Source: Squalus acanthias (Eukaryota). Taken from it: DNA of 64,000 nucleotides. The notes beneath the pieces were generated by a model. That model saw nothing but the letters and a program-made list of their open reading frames with translations. It was not told the DNA's origin and made no database searches. The DNA lies in NCBI GenBank assembly GCA_030390025.1, contig CM059440.1:23932001-23996000 (forward strand). The letters run 5' to 3'. Shown here piece after piece: positions 11,461-24,430 of this stretch. The position numbers were made by a program, and so were the translations under genes. The stretch's first letter is position 1. The number at the start of each line of letters is the position of its first letter.

Positions 11461-14400
11461 AAGTAAAGTAGTCCATTTCCCATGGCACAGGTAGCCAAGA
11501 TGGGTCTGGCATGTCTCATTGTGTGAGCCAACATTCCCAGCAATCACTCTGCTGAAGTCAAAGTACAGCTTGTGACTGCTGGATCAAAAACGTAGAAGCT
11601 GCACTCGGATGTGCTGCGTTTGATAAATTCATACCAAAATTCCAAACTTTGTTGAAAAAGAAAGACTACAAAGTTTTGTGGTAGATGTTTTTTTAAGTAA
11701 ATATGCATGTGTGAAGTATTCTTTACCTGTATTATGAGTTTATGCAAGGTGTTTTCTACTAAAATTAGTGCATGTGGTAAAAACAGTGTCGCCGTAGCCA
11801 TGCCTGTGACAACATGGGGTTGGAGGCTGGGGGTTAATGGAACCAATATGGGGAGGGGAGGAAGCAACTGGGGAGAGGAGGAGGTGAGGAATGGCTGTGG
11901 GGGAGGTGAGGTGGGGTGGAGGAAGGAGAGGTGTGTGTGGGAAGAGGGACGAAGGGGGAAAGGAATTTTTCTTCCTTTTCATTTTCCCACTGCTCTACAT
12001 TAATATTTGGTGAGATTCTCCGAAGTGTGGAAGTGTTCCCTTTGCATGAATGTAGACTCGGGCTATCCAAATGGGTCACAGTGACAGTTTTAACTTGAAT
12101 TTTGAGAATCGCTTACAAAAAGTTGCAAGACACTCTTCAATAACAAGGTCACCCACAACATTAAAATTAGTGTTTCATTTCTTTCACATATATTCAGAAA
12201 TGTAGATTCTGAAGCATCAATCCGGAGAGCAGACTTTGAAAATACTTTCTCCGTCATGAGTTTCGATGTGATGTAGATACGCTAATATTCACAATTGATT
12301 TGAATTTCCTTCTGGTACATGTATCGTTAGACAGGCATAAACTAACTGGGAGGGTAAGAGAGAAATAAGACAATTCGGATTCTTAAAACCCAACTATGGG
12401 ATATCCAAGTTTCATAGCACTTAACCATTATAGTAACATCCTAGCAGTTTATGGCAGGTAATAATGGAATTTGACATCACAGCTATGATTTAATGAAGTG
12501 ATAATTGCTTGCATGTAGCTGTTGATGATTTCATTTTTAGAAAATCAAACCTGCAATTACATCAGATCATCTTGGCTTCACAGAAGGCACATATATGGGT
12601 AATCTAGCTTAGTTTACCAGTATATTTGTACGCTATTGCAACAGACACTTGGCAGACTGCAATACCTCTGACCCACGCAAACTAGGACACCACATGCCTT
12701 GCACCAGAAGTCTGGCTAAGAAAGGAACAGCTGCTGTTAACAGACTCAATCACCCATAAATGCACAAGGAACGCAGGCATACTACATTATTAGAAATGTC
12801 AGGCAGTTGCCGCTCGATCAAAATGCTGTGAGTACCTCAGCAGCAGTGGCTATGATTCTCTGCTGCAGATTGATACCTCTAAAGCTGAAACATGCTTGAA
12901 TGTTTGGACCTGCAATCTTCCAGTGCCAGCAGAGGTGAGGCCAGATGGCTAGCAAATTTCGGTAAATATCTTGCCCCTTCAGGGCTGCTCAGAGCAAATG
13001 GGGCAGTGCTGTCAGCTAATGTATGATCAGCTCATTGGACCCAGAATCATTGCAGCCCAGGGCAGTTCCAAAGGGCTTGAATCAGAGTTCTGCGACCTAT
13101 TGTGCACCTCCAATAATCACTGATTTTTGACAAGAGTTTGTAAGGCGGTCCAGTTAAATTCTAACTATTGTAAACTGAATAAGCCTAGATTTAGCTTCAC
13201 AGGAAGCTCGTGAAACACCCATCTTATATCCTGGGGATAAACAATCAAATTGATTTTTAGCGCCAACATTTTCTGGAGACGAGAATCCCTGTTTTTTTTT
13301 TTATATATATATATCATGAATGTCATTTGCTTAATGCCTCTTTTAGGAATTGTTTCCACTGTGATGAAATATTGTCAGCATTTCACATCTGTGGAGGTTT
13401 CTAATGACTGTAAATTGTTTTCTGTCTGAGAAACATTTCCAACTTGCTGCCTCCCAAATCTGGTTAAAACACATAGACGCTTGTGTTACCCAATTAAATC
13501 TCACCTGCGTTTGGTTAGCCATATACCCACCTGGTGTTCCAGGGGAAACCATGCCTGTGATTTTGAGAACTCCGCGCCTGTACCAGGTCTTTAAACATCC
13601 TCAGTATTGCTAAATTGATCCTTTTCCTAGATCCCTTGACAGGAATAATATGAATAGGTCGAATATCCTATTGGATATTGGGCTCGACAATTGGCAACAT
13701 TCCAAAAGCCATTAATTTGTGGGCCTGCCATCATTTTGTTCCTCTGATTTGTAGCCAGTCCACATAAAGTTATGCATATAATGCCCAGAGCTATCTATCT
13801 CTGCTTATGAACCATTTCTTGTTATCCAGTGTTTCTGCCTCTAAGTGAATTGCATCCATATGAATCTTGGAAATTGTGGATGGCTGGTCAGTCAGAAATG
13901 GTGAGGATTTGACCCTTCTGATTTCTTGCAGCACTTTTGCCAGTACATCCTCATAATCAGGACCAGCTGCTGTTTGCACACCAGTGAGAGAGTTGCCTGT
14001 GGCTGTCCGATGCCCTTCCATTCTCCAGGTGGTTTTGGGAGTTTTGTTCCAAGTGAAGCCGCAGAATATTTCTATTTGAAGCTCTGTGGAAAAAGTAAAG
14101 GACTTGGCTGTAGTTTCAACCGTGTTCTCTGAACTTTTGAGCGTGCTCTCCAGGAGCTGATTCATTAAGTTATTGTCCTCCATTCATGCAACACATGACC
14201 ATGAAGAGCCATTGTCTCAAGTTAAAATTAGTCAATGGCACATTTTAGTACATACTAGTTACATTGTAGGCTCAGATTGGGGAAAGTATGACTGCTCAAA
14301 TAGTTAATTGAAAATTAAAAGTGGCAATTATTTTCCCCACAAATGTTAAATAGTGTGTACGTAAGTTTTCTTTTGTGTATGTCATAGTCCCTCACAAACA

Positions 14401-15133
14401 CTCGCTGTTTTCATTAAGAAGGTGATTTACAATCCAGGCTTTGGCACATCTGTTGCTGTTTTTCTGTGACTGCAGCACTAGCAATTATAGCTCATTAAAA
14501 ATGTCAGTCCTATTGCAGTAGAATGTACTTGAGAATGTTTTCTAATTATTGAAGAATTAGCCTACAAATATTGTGCAGTGCTTTTTCTGTGCTTTGCTTT
14601 TAATTTCAATATATGTGGAAAGTAGAAATTGTATCTTGCACAATATCATAAAATTGCTCTGAAGTACTTTGACCTCTGGGACTAAATTGCTACTTGTCAA
14701 CTTAAAATGGATGTCTGTGTGAAATACATAAAGAAATAATTGGTGTCTGTTTATGATTGCATAAGTATGAAGTATTTAAGGCATTTTTGACAGTTCTTGA
14801 GATGAAGGCATGCTAGCTCCTGTAACATTGAGAGCTATAAACTAATTAGAGCATAGGTTTTCAAACTGGGGTCTCTGGACTCCAGAAGGTCCACCACAAA
14901 ATCCCGGGATATCCATGAAATTATCAGATTTCTGTATTTTTCATATTACCTGCTGACCATTTTGTTTCTTTGTGTGTAACATAGTAAAAATCTTACATCT
15001 GCACCAATCCCCTGTCAACTTTTTCCATTATAAATTCCTATGTCCACATTTGTAATGTAAACTGGTCACATTGTAATTACACCCGCCCATCAATGGTGGT
15101 ACTCGGATCTGTTAGAGGATACAGTACAGCTAC

Positions 15134-15152
15134 AATACCACCTAGTGGCGGT
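15134..15152 (-). promoter_or_regulatory. Candidate CTCF site
   Basis: Reverse strand ccgCCACTAGGTGGTA, one mismatch to CCASYAGRKGGCR. Confidence 0.45.
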
Positions 15153-15218
15153 AGTGTCACTGGGACCTGTTTACATAGAAAATGACCATTATAACTCTCT
15201 CTCACTCACTCCGTTCTC

Positions 15219-15221
<3 letters not shown>

Positions 15222-15278
<57 letters not shown>
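15222..15278. repeat. (TC)n microsatellite
   Basis: About 28 perfect dinucleotide units. Confidence 0.98.
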
Positions 15279-15281
<3 letters not shown>

Positions 15282-15329
15282 CCCCCCCCACCCCCTTATT
15301 TCATAGTTTCTTGTCAACGACACCCCCCC

Positions 15330-15945
15330 CACCCAAGTCATTGAAGTTATCTTGTCCATGAAGCCTGCCACCTATTACTTCAACTCCTTACATCAGCTCC
15401 TGATCACCAGCTTCCTTTCCTCTGGCATCATCTTTATTTCCTTCAGAATTGCTTTTATCGTCCCCGTTCCCCCCCCCCCACCCTCAGGGAAAAAAAAATT
15501 CTCTCAACCCTTCTTCTCTCCAGTTACTGCCCTATCTCTAGCCTTCCCTTTCTTTCAGTTTCAAGTCCTGGAACATACCATCATTACCTTACATTATGGT
15601 CCCACCACAACATGCTCCAAGTCCTTAAATGAAGATTCTGCCCTGCTCATAGCACCAAGACGTTGTTGATCAAGTTACCAACAATGTGCTGTGTTACTGC
15701 GACTACAGCTTGCTGCCATTCCTCATCTTTCTCGACTTCTCTGCAGCCTTCGACACTGGCAACCATTCCATCCTCTTTGAACATCTCCCCTCCACAGCAC
15801 TGCTTGTTCATGGTTCCACTCCTACCTGTTGCATAGTAGATACTTTATCATCATCAGTAGCTTCTCCTCCCATTGCTGCATGGTCACCTCTATTGTAGCA
15901 CAGGCTTCCATCCTTGGATCCCTTCTCTTAATCAGTTACACGCTA
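15330..15945 (+). mobile_element. Decayed L2 LINE RT fragment
   Basis: FLDFSAAFDTGNHSILF resembles the L2 motif LDLSAAFDTVDH. QASILG resembles QGSVLGP. Confidence 0.8.
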
Positions 15946-18139
15946 CTGTTAACATTTGTGTGTCTTTGCTACTCTTCTTACTCTAGATTATTTCAGCGCT
16001 TGTATCGTATATCACTCTCGGACAAGTTCTTAGAGTGTATGTTAGTCTTGTGATCTAGGTAAGCAATCGGTAACACCCCTCTAAATCCAGTCACAATATA
16101 TCATTAATTTAAAGCCAGCTGTAGTATGGGGGGAGGGGGAAACAAGACCATATCCCAGCCAAATTCAGTACGAATTGGTTTAAATTGGTTTTCCAACTGT
16201 AGGCTTGAGAGGATGAATGAAGCTACTTTTGAACAAGCACAAGCTGCGTGATTTGTTCAGGAAAATGAATGACGCTCAATTATTTTTCAATCTAAATGTC
16301 AGTTATGAAAACCCAAATAAGCTACAGCAACTGGTCCAAGGGTATATAAAGTGGCTGGATCTCTTCGTTAAGCTGAGTTATTAGAAAATAATCAAACCAA
16401 TTTGAATCTTCACACTTAAGTAACTGAGATAAGTTAGACCAGCTAGCTCCTGTAGTCAGGGAAGTACAAGGAAGAAAAGGACTACAAATGTAAATGTTAT
16501 CTCTAAAAGAATAGCTTAGCATCAGATTTGGACTTTTTATTGCTTTTTCCATCCAAGGAGTTTGATTGGCTTTCTACTGTAAAAATATAATGCATTATAT
16601 CACTGTTAGATTATTTGCTTCTTTACTATTTTAAATTCACTTAATTTTTAAAATTTGATTTGATGCTCTACAGCTTTCAAAGACTGGTGTAAGATCATGT
16701 AGAGACATAGGATAAATTTGAGTAACGTAAAAATAACGAATAAACAAGGGTTGTTGTTTGTTACCTTGAGCACAGTTAACCTAGATCTCAAGGCAAGGAA
16801 ACAAAACGCTTGAAGATACGTGGAGTTGGAACTCACCCATGTGACAACCAAAATAATCTGGAATAAGGGTAGAAAAGACCTAAAAACATTATTGCACTTT
16901 CCTTCTGCGTTTGCCTTTTGATTGGCAGTTTTCTTTTAAGTGAGATCTAGTTTTAGGAATCTGCATTTTGATTTCGTGATCAGATTAAACCTTTGTAACA
17001 TTTCACATCAGACAGAAGTACTGAATCAATCAGGCCAATTTAGTTTGGAACTATTTGCACTTGGAAACTATTGCGGAAGAGAAATACAAGAAAATAAGTT
17101 AGGTAGGACCTGGTAATTCAGTTACATGTGATGTACATTAGAGATGACAATCAATTTCTAGGTCTGGAATTAAATCTGCTCAAAAAAGTTCTTAGTGCAC
17201 CAATTACTTTTGTGTTGGGGAGTGGGGTGGGGGAGAGACAGGGGAGGAGAAGCATGGTCCCTGTAATGGTGAAGAGGTGAATAACTATGGTAATGGCTTG
17301 AATGGCCAAACGGTAACAATGTAGTGAGAGTCCCAACTCCTGAGAGGGATGTTCTCAGTGCATCTCACGTATCCTGCTCAGGTGCTGCTTTGAATTTTGG
17401 AGGAAACTGGAGTGGCTAGCATACTCCAGCTGTGCTGTAACTTATCCTGGCCACTTCTCCCGGCTTATCTTTATCTGGAAGTACATCCTCAGATATGCTT
17501 CACTGACTGTTTTATGCACTTCTTTTGGTTTTGAGGTATTCAACATATTCTCCCACGTCTTGACTGGAGTCTTTTGTCTCTGAGGATTTTGAAGCAGCTT
17601 TCTTTGCTCTTAATCAAGATGTAAATGGTTTGTGTGCTTTATTTGAAAACTTGTGTGAAAAGTACAGCAAGCTCCAGCAACAAAAACACCAAACTTCAAT
17701 GTGATTTTTATTACTAGGTTCTAGAGCCACTGGTTCACTGAACTGGATTAATTTACTTGTACAGTGCTGCACTTTTAAGTGATGAACAATTCTTCATCAA
17801 TGTCATTCATGTAAGATTGTAACAGAAATGTAAATTTGGAAGGGAGGAGGGACCCCTGGGCTGAATGGTATGTTTTAAAGACTCTGCTTAGTCTTGTTGG
17901 GATATGCCAGGGTCTACTTTCTGATTTATGTTTTTCTTAAGGCCATCTAATCCCCCCAAGTCCCCCGGAGTTATTGTATAAACACCTGCATCTTGTAGAA
18001 TCTAATGGAAAGGGCAGACTGATTTTGAATGCGGAGAGACTTTTCATGGTCTACTGGCTTTGGAAACCCAATCAACCTGCTGTTAATAAGAGCCTAACCA
18101 GTTTCTCCTCTTATTAGCAGAAGTTCTTAGGTGAGTTGC

Positions 18140-18158
18140 ACGTGACCTCTGGTGGCTC
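18140..18158 (-). promoter_or_regulatory. Candidate CTCF site overlapping a CACGTG E-box
   Basis: Reverse strand gagCCACCAGAGGTCAcgtg. Confidence 0.35.
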
Positions 18159-19345
18159 TGGAAATTAACCCAAACCTTTTGTTTTGGATTGACTGCTGTG
18201 AGTAGCCTGCAGAGCTGATGTGTCCAAACAGCTTCTGAAGAATGAATTCAGACTAAAAGAGTAACAGCTGCATTCCTCTGCCATAAATAAGGATTTCAGT
18301 GTGAATTTTTTTTTGTATCACATTGTGCTTTTATTTACATAACATTTTTTGAGTATTTTTCTTCCCTTCCTCCAGATGCTGAAGAAGCTTAACACAAAAT
18401 TTGGATTCTGATGGCATTCTTTAAACTGGGACTTGAACGCTACTTAATCCACAAGTTTATTGATGAAGTGCAGCCTCCTTAATTATACTGACTCGTACAG
18501 TGGCATCATAAATAATGAGGACCTTAATATAATAAGGTTATTTGCTCCCTCTCCCTGTGCTGAAGGGTTGCCTATTTTGCCTGTTGCCAATTAGTGTTTT
18601 TTAAAAAAAAAAAAATCAATGCACATTTGTTGTGAGCACTGGTGGTAGCAGTCTTTATAATAAAGGATAAATCTGAGTAAAAGCAGTTTGTTCTCTATTT
18701 GCCTAATTATACCAGCAATAACAGGAAACCCAATCTAGAAAATTTTGTGCTAAGTAAGGGTAGCAGCCTAATAAGGAATATTTAGCAAATGAAACACGTT
18801 TGCAGTGATTATAAAGGAAACGATCACATTGAAAGTTCATTGTGAAGATTTGTTATAAAAGATTGGTTAGCATTATTGAGTTTGAGACTTTTTTTTAACA
18901 TCAAGGGTCTTTAAAAATTCTGTACAATAAGTGAGTTATACCCTACTTGAAGTTATACATCAACCACTTCATGCCATTCATCAGAATAAATATTTATAGA
19001 GGGGTCCCCGGCAGTGTCAGTATGTATGTAAAAGGGGAAAACACAATCTTTTTTTTGCTAGATAAAAACTGTGTTGGCATACAGTGTTTGGGTGGATTTT
19101 TGTCTTGATCTCTTTTCAGCTGCATTCAGAGGAACTGGGCTCCAGGTTGTTTGTAAGAGAACAGGACTAAAATGCTAGGCAAGTGGGTTTTCATCCAGTG
19201 CCCACATGTCTACGCCATCCAACAGGTTTTACTGGATGGTAATTGGGATTGAAACTCTTTGTTTACTTCTTCCTCTTTCCTACCAAATTAACTAGGAACA
19301 ATGCTCGGAATTATTTGGAGGGAATAAAATATTTTTGAACTCAAT

Positions 19346-20095
19346 GACCTGGATTTTGCGGTCAGCAGCAAAGGAACGGTGCTTGCCGTTCACCTCACTG
19401 ACAGCTGCCCACAAAGTTTTCTCGGGCTTTTGAGCAGAGACTTGCTCTAATCCGGTGTCTGATCCAGCACAGTGCCCTCTACAGGGGATCTGTGGCGTGT
19501 GTGAGCAGAGCAAGGAACAGCAAGGCTCTTCAACCAATCAAATTGTAGAATCTTCACTGAGACATGCAGCGTCTCAACTGGGAAGTATAAAGCAGGAAAT
19601 ATAATTTAGATTTAAATCATGTACAGAAAGCGAAATAGCGATTGGGAAAGACAGATGTGATTGAGAGAGAGATAAGAGATGGACAGAAAACGTAAACAGT
19701 TTTTTAAAATCTCCAACACTAATTAACTTCTGAAGGACTGAGACTCCACACTTGTAAAATTAAATTTTCAGGGCCAGAGAGGTTGTTTGGCAGCAATTCA
19801 CTTATCACACTGTTAAAATTCACTTACTTTGAATGTACCAGCCCTAATATTTTCTGGCATCTTTAGTGGGAAACTAATGGGCAAGTACCCCAAGTTCACA
19901 CCATTGCATTGTTTTCAGTACTGAGTCTTATCAGCGAGGACTGTTAGTGCATCCTGTGGAGGAGTGGGGTATCTCTGACAGCAACTTCCAGATTTCCACG
20001 TTTAACTGCGTGTACTCCGGAAGTCACTGTCCCATTTCCTCTGTAATAACGGTCAGCGCTGATGGCCTCACCGTTCTTAACGCAAAATCCGAGCC
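19346..20095. mobile_element. 750-bp PIF/Harbinger-like MITE
   Basis: Imperfect TIRs gacctggattttgcg / cgcaaaatccgagcc. 3-bp TSD AAT on both sides. Confidence 0.72.
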
Positions 20096-20623
20096 AATGA
20101 ATCTATTTATCTTTAAAAATACAGTTCTCTGTTTATTGTGTTGAAAATGTTGACAATGAAGTCTTCAGTACTAATATTCTACAGCCAGGTTTTGCGAGCT
20201 TTACTGGAAGATGATTCAGGGCAGGAACATTTACAGCTGTGTTTAGTTCTGTTTGACAGAAGAAAGGATGTAGAGCAGAGTTTTATTAATGATCAGTGAA
20301 CCTTTGTCTTGGTTTTCTTCTCAATCTGCAAAACCTCTGAGCAAGCCTTTTGACATATTGCGTTACTACTTCTGCATTCTAAAAAAAAACCCTGCAGGAC
20401 CAGTTGATTGTAAGATGTTGAATCATTGCATCCTGTTGTAGTTCATTTTCTCTATTGGCTTTTGCCCTAAAAATGCCTCCTAATTATGTTTGATCAGTAC
20501 AGATGGAAAGCATATTAAGGCTGTTGGATCTCGGGGCCATGAAAGTATTATGGCTTATTCCAGCTTAAATGTGCTCAAAGTTGTAGCTTGTTGGTGAGTG
20601 GCAAGGATCATCATGATTTTTAA

Positions 20624-20715
20624 TGTGTGCATGTGTTAGGGAGGATATTTTTGTGTATGCATGTGTAGAGGGGTGTGGGGGAGGGATATTTTTGTGTGCA
20701 TGTGTATTGGGGAAG
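20624..20715. repeat. Degenerate minisatellite of roughly 25-40 bp units (tgtgtgcatgtgt..ggaggatatttt)
   Basis: About three imperfect units. Confidence 0.55.
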
Positions 20716-21529
20716 GAGCAGGGCAAAAGAGGAAGAGTACACCCCGCTAAGTGAGTGTAATTTAAGGGTAGCTAGCCTTTCAGATCTCAAGAGCCATGGG
20801 GAAAAAACTTGTATCTGGCAAAGACCTGTAAGTATTCCAGCCCTTTTATGTTGCAACTTAGGTTCTGTGAGAGATGCCACAATGAGTCTCAACTTCTGCA
20901 GAGCTAACGGTGGTCGAGTCATTCATCTTTAGGAACAGCACTCCCAGCATATGATAATGCCTTAAATTAAAATCTTAAAAATAATGAACCTATGGTACAC
21001 GTTTGTTGAATAAAGTTGTAGCGACAAAAATGCCATCATTTTTTAATTTGAAGGTTTTGATTCCAAGTACTGCAAAAATAATTTTTAAAATGCAATCATT
21101 TGTTAAATAATGAAAACATCATTAGCAATGCTAGTAACCAGTGACATTACTAATTACAACAGAACTAGTGGCATTGCACAAAGCACAGTTGACTTCCAAT
21201 ATTTGCATATGTCAGCGTGACTTCCAATATGCTTTGCAATTTGAGTTGTGACAAAAATTCCAACCATCACATTTTTGGAATAGAGGGCTTTAGCTTCGAA
21301 AAGTTGCAACAGTAAGAATTAGCGATGAAACAAAATTCAAAAGTTGCTGTGTAATTAAAAGGCAAAATACCTCTCTGTTCATTTCTGAAAACCAAGGCGA
21401 TTGTTAAACACATTCATTAAAAAAATGGCTGCCTATATCTCACCCGTTTGTAATATGTCTTTGGTTTGGCCAAGAAATGCTGCAGTTTTAAAGTGCCATG
21501 GTTCTACAAGTGCCGGTTGCCACCCGAGG

Positions 21530-21610
21530 TTCTGATGAAGGGTCACACCTGAAGAGTTGACTTTCATTTCTTTCAGATGCTGACTTTTTCTTTCTAATTT
21601 CTAGCATTCA
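21530..21610 (+). mobile_element. Decayed Penelope-derived repeat
   Basis: ttctgatgaagggtcacacctgaa...cagatgctgac resembles the right arm of the 7767-7968 palindrome. Confidence 0.55.
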
Positions 21611-22849
21611 CGTGTTCTCAACTCTAAGATAGGTAATCTGACTTTTTGATCCTGAGTAACACATGATATCCCTTATCTGTGAATTGACATTTTAAAGTTC
21701 TGAATTGAGTTGTGAACATTTTAAGCACATTTTAAGATTCTTGCTCAGTTGAAATCTTACATACATCATACTGCAGGGAGTTCTGAATTTGAGGCTTGTA
21801 GTGTTCCAGCTGGAAACCCCGTAACACACAAAGAAAATAAATGGTCCAAGTACTTTCATAGCTTTGTTTCCAATAGATACACGGCAAACTGCACACTATG
21901 CAAATGCATTGATGGAAGTTTGGTATTGATGGCTTTAGAAAGAACTAATATTGGTAGGTTGAAGCTTTAAAGTTTTTGAATCCATGTTGAAGATTTGATG
22001 AAAAGTGGAGAGGAAATTTGTATAACCTGCTTCCCTACAGAGGTGAAATAAATCTGAGTGGAATATCCTGAGGTAGACTGTGTATCCAGCTGGTAGACAA
22101 GGCTGAAAGAATGGAGCTTTTGTTGGCTGACCCTTATTAACTGAACAAAGTTTTGTATTTCTGTTGCTTCTTTGTAATCACGTTAACTATGAATGCAATT
22201 TGCTTTTCCGTTGCGTGACTGAGAGGAGCTATGGTAAGACATCCTTTTGGGGAGTTTGTCGTGTGCGTTGAACAGCCAGCCTCGCAAAGATTTCATTATT
22301 CACTCCAGGGACCAGTTTACACCATTAGACCAACATTTATCTGCTGCAGTGTCCCCATTCCCTCTGATTTTTAACACCAGTGAGTTGAACAAATGAAGTA
22401 GAGCTCGAAATGAAGACAGTAAGATCAGTAACTGACAGAAATCATCAGTTAGCTAACATATTAAAAATGATCAATGTTGCAAGTAGTATATTTTAAATGG
22501 GTGTGTTAGATCTGATTTAACACCAGCAGAGGAAACTTCCTCTATGTACAAAATGGAAACACCCTCTAGTAGTTATAACATGAATCTAATCATATGGATA
22601 GTGATCTTTGAGTGAATTCAGTCAAAGGTATCTCTCCCTGCCCTATGCCCGCTCCCAATCCAATCACTTGTCGAATTGAAACATCTTTCCTCTTATTTGT
22701 GTACATTTTATTTTTTGCAAGAAGTCTACATGGTTTCACAGAGTGCATGCTTTAGTACACATTTTGCAATACTTGCAGACTAATGCAGTGAGAGGGGGTA
22801 AAACATAATTTATACAGTTCTATACAATAGATGACAAGCTGCTTGATGT

Positions 22850-24100
22850 CTAGGCTGGGATCATCCCTGGTCAAAGGATGCTGGGGACTCATGAAAGGTG
22901 GATGAAGTGCTGAAATTGGTTATAGCAGCAACATGTCCTTTCCAGCATTATGGAGAGTGCAAAGGGCTATCTCCTTTGGTAGCCCAGCCCAGCCCAGGGC
23001 TGGGTTGTGCAAGCTTAAGGTAGGTGGGAGGCTGGCCTAATGAAGGGGCCTCATATCCCCTGGTGTTTCTCCAGCTCCAATCACAGCCTGTACATACATG
23101 CTCTGACTGGTAGATGTCCCTCATGCTTATACCATCTATTTGTTGTAGGGGGTGTTGAAATGTGCCACCACAAGGAGATGCATCATCTTGCTGCCAGCAA
23201 GATCTGAGAGAGCTTTCAAGTGGTATGGGTTACTTAGACTGATTATACATGGGCTAGGGTCCAGAGGGATGATTGCTTAAGTGTCTTCCTGCACTTCTGT
23301 CTAGAAGAGCTGGAGGGTGTGGCAAGACCAGAACATGTGCCTTTGTGAGCCCAGTTCTGCAACAGTCATCTGCCTGGGCCAGTTGGAATTTTCTAAGTTT
23401 CTGAGGGGTGAGGTATGTGCAGTGGAGAAATCTGAGTTGACCTCTGTCACCCAGTTATAGAGAGATTTCATGAACGCTAGTCTCGGTGACTCCTTACAGC
23501 CTTCTCCCGAGAGTAGACAGCCTAAGTTGCACTCTCGGGAGCCACGTAGGTTTTGCTTTCAGTCTGGTGCAGTGTCTGGTATTGAGTAGAGAGCGGAGAT
23601 GTGCTGTGAGACACCTCTGTTATAAAGGGTAGATGTCCCACATGCTTATACCATGTATTTGTTGTAGGGGGTGTTGGATTGTGCCACAACAGGGAGATGC
23701 ATCATTTTGCTGGCAGCAAGATCTCTGAGCTTTCAAGTGCTATGGGTTACTTGGTCTGCCAGTAGTAGTCGACCGATATACATGGGCTAGCTTCAGGAGG
23801 ATGATTTGCTTAAGTGTCTTCCCCCTTTCTAATGGGGTTGGTTTAGGTTGGATTTTAAAGAGCACAATGGCATCTTGTACATAGCAGTAGTCATCATGTT
23901 GAATGATATAAACTTTGTCAGCCATATGCTGGAAGGATGTAATCCAGCCCTGGTTTTTCCAACCCAATGATGCCATCCTCTTACCACATCTTGAATCTGC
24001 CAGCACAGAGATCCTCAGGCAGGTTACTATTATGCCACAGTAGGGGAAAGCATGAAGACCATTACCACCCTCCGTGTGATGCAGGCTTCCCTTTAATTGC
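22850..24100 (-). mobile_element. Highly decayed Penelope-like RT relic with an internal duplication
   Basis: Reverse strand remnants appear in the expected order: ADK (~23920), GRP (~23755), QQIHGISM(G)T (~23660), resembling the PLE motifs PADKG, GRPI and YxQxxGxAMG. Confidence 0.5.
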
Positions 24101-24169
24101 CAGGGATATCATTGGGCGCTTCTGTGTACACTTTTTTTGTGGGATGACACTTGCTCAAGAAATTCACAT

Positions 24170-24430
24170 GCTGATACAAGAGAACTATCTCTTTGCTTGG
24201 AGAAAAATGGGCTTTAAATACCTGGGCATATTGGTTGTGCCCAAACTCCCAGCCTTTCCCAGCTAAAGCCTCTTCTCTTTCTTCCCCCCTTTCTATCATA
24301 TGTACTAACCTACAGGTGGAACAGCCTGCCCTTCCTGCTGGCGAGAATGAGAGATGGTGGGCTGAGTCTCCCAAACTTTAAGCAGTACTTGGCAGCCCAA
24401 CTCCAGGGCACGATTGCCTGGATCAAGGCT
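24170..24430 (+). mobile_element. L1-clade LINE ORF2 fragment
   Basis: FAWRKMGFKYLGILV and GGLSLPNFKQY match the L1 motifs FKYLGI and GGLxLPNFxxY. Confidence 0.75.

Noticed and set aside
11815-11960. G-rich tract with G-quadruplex potential
   Set aside because: Low-complexity purine tracts are common in such introns, and nothing here indicates function.
15189-15371. ORF with an (ER)n tract
   Set aside because: It is the translation of the (TC)n microsatellite.
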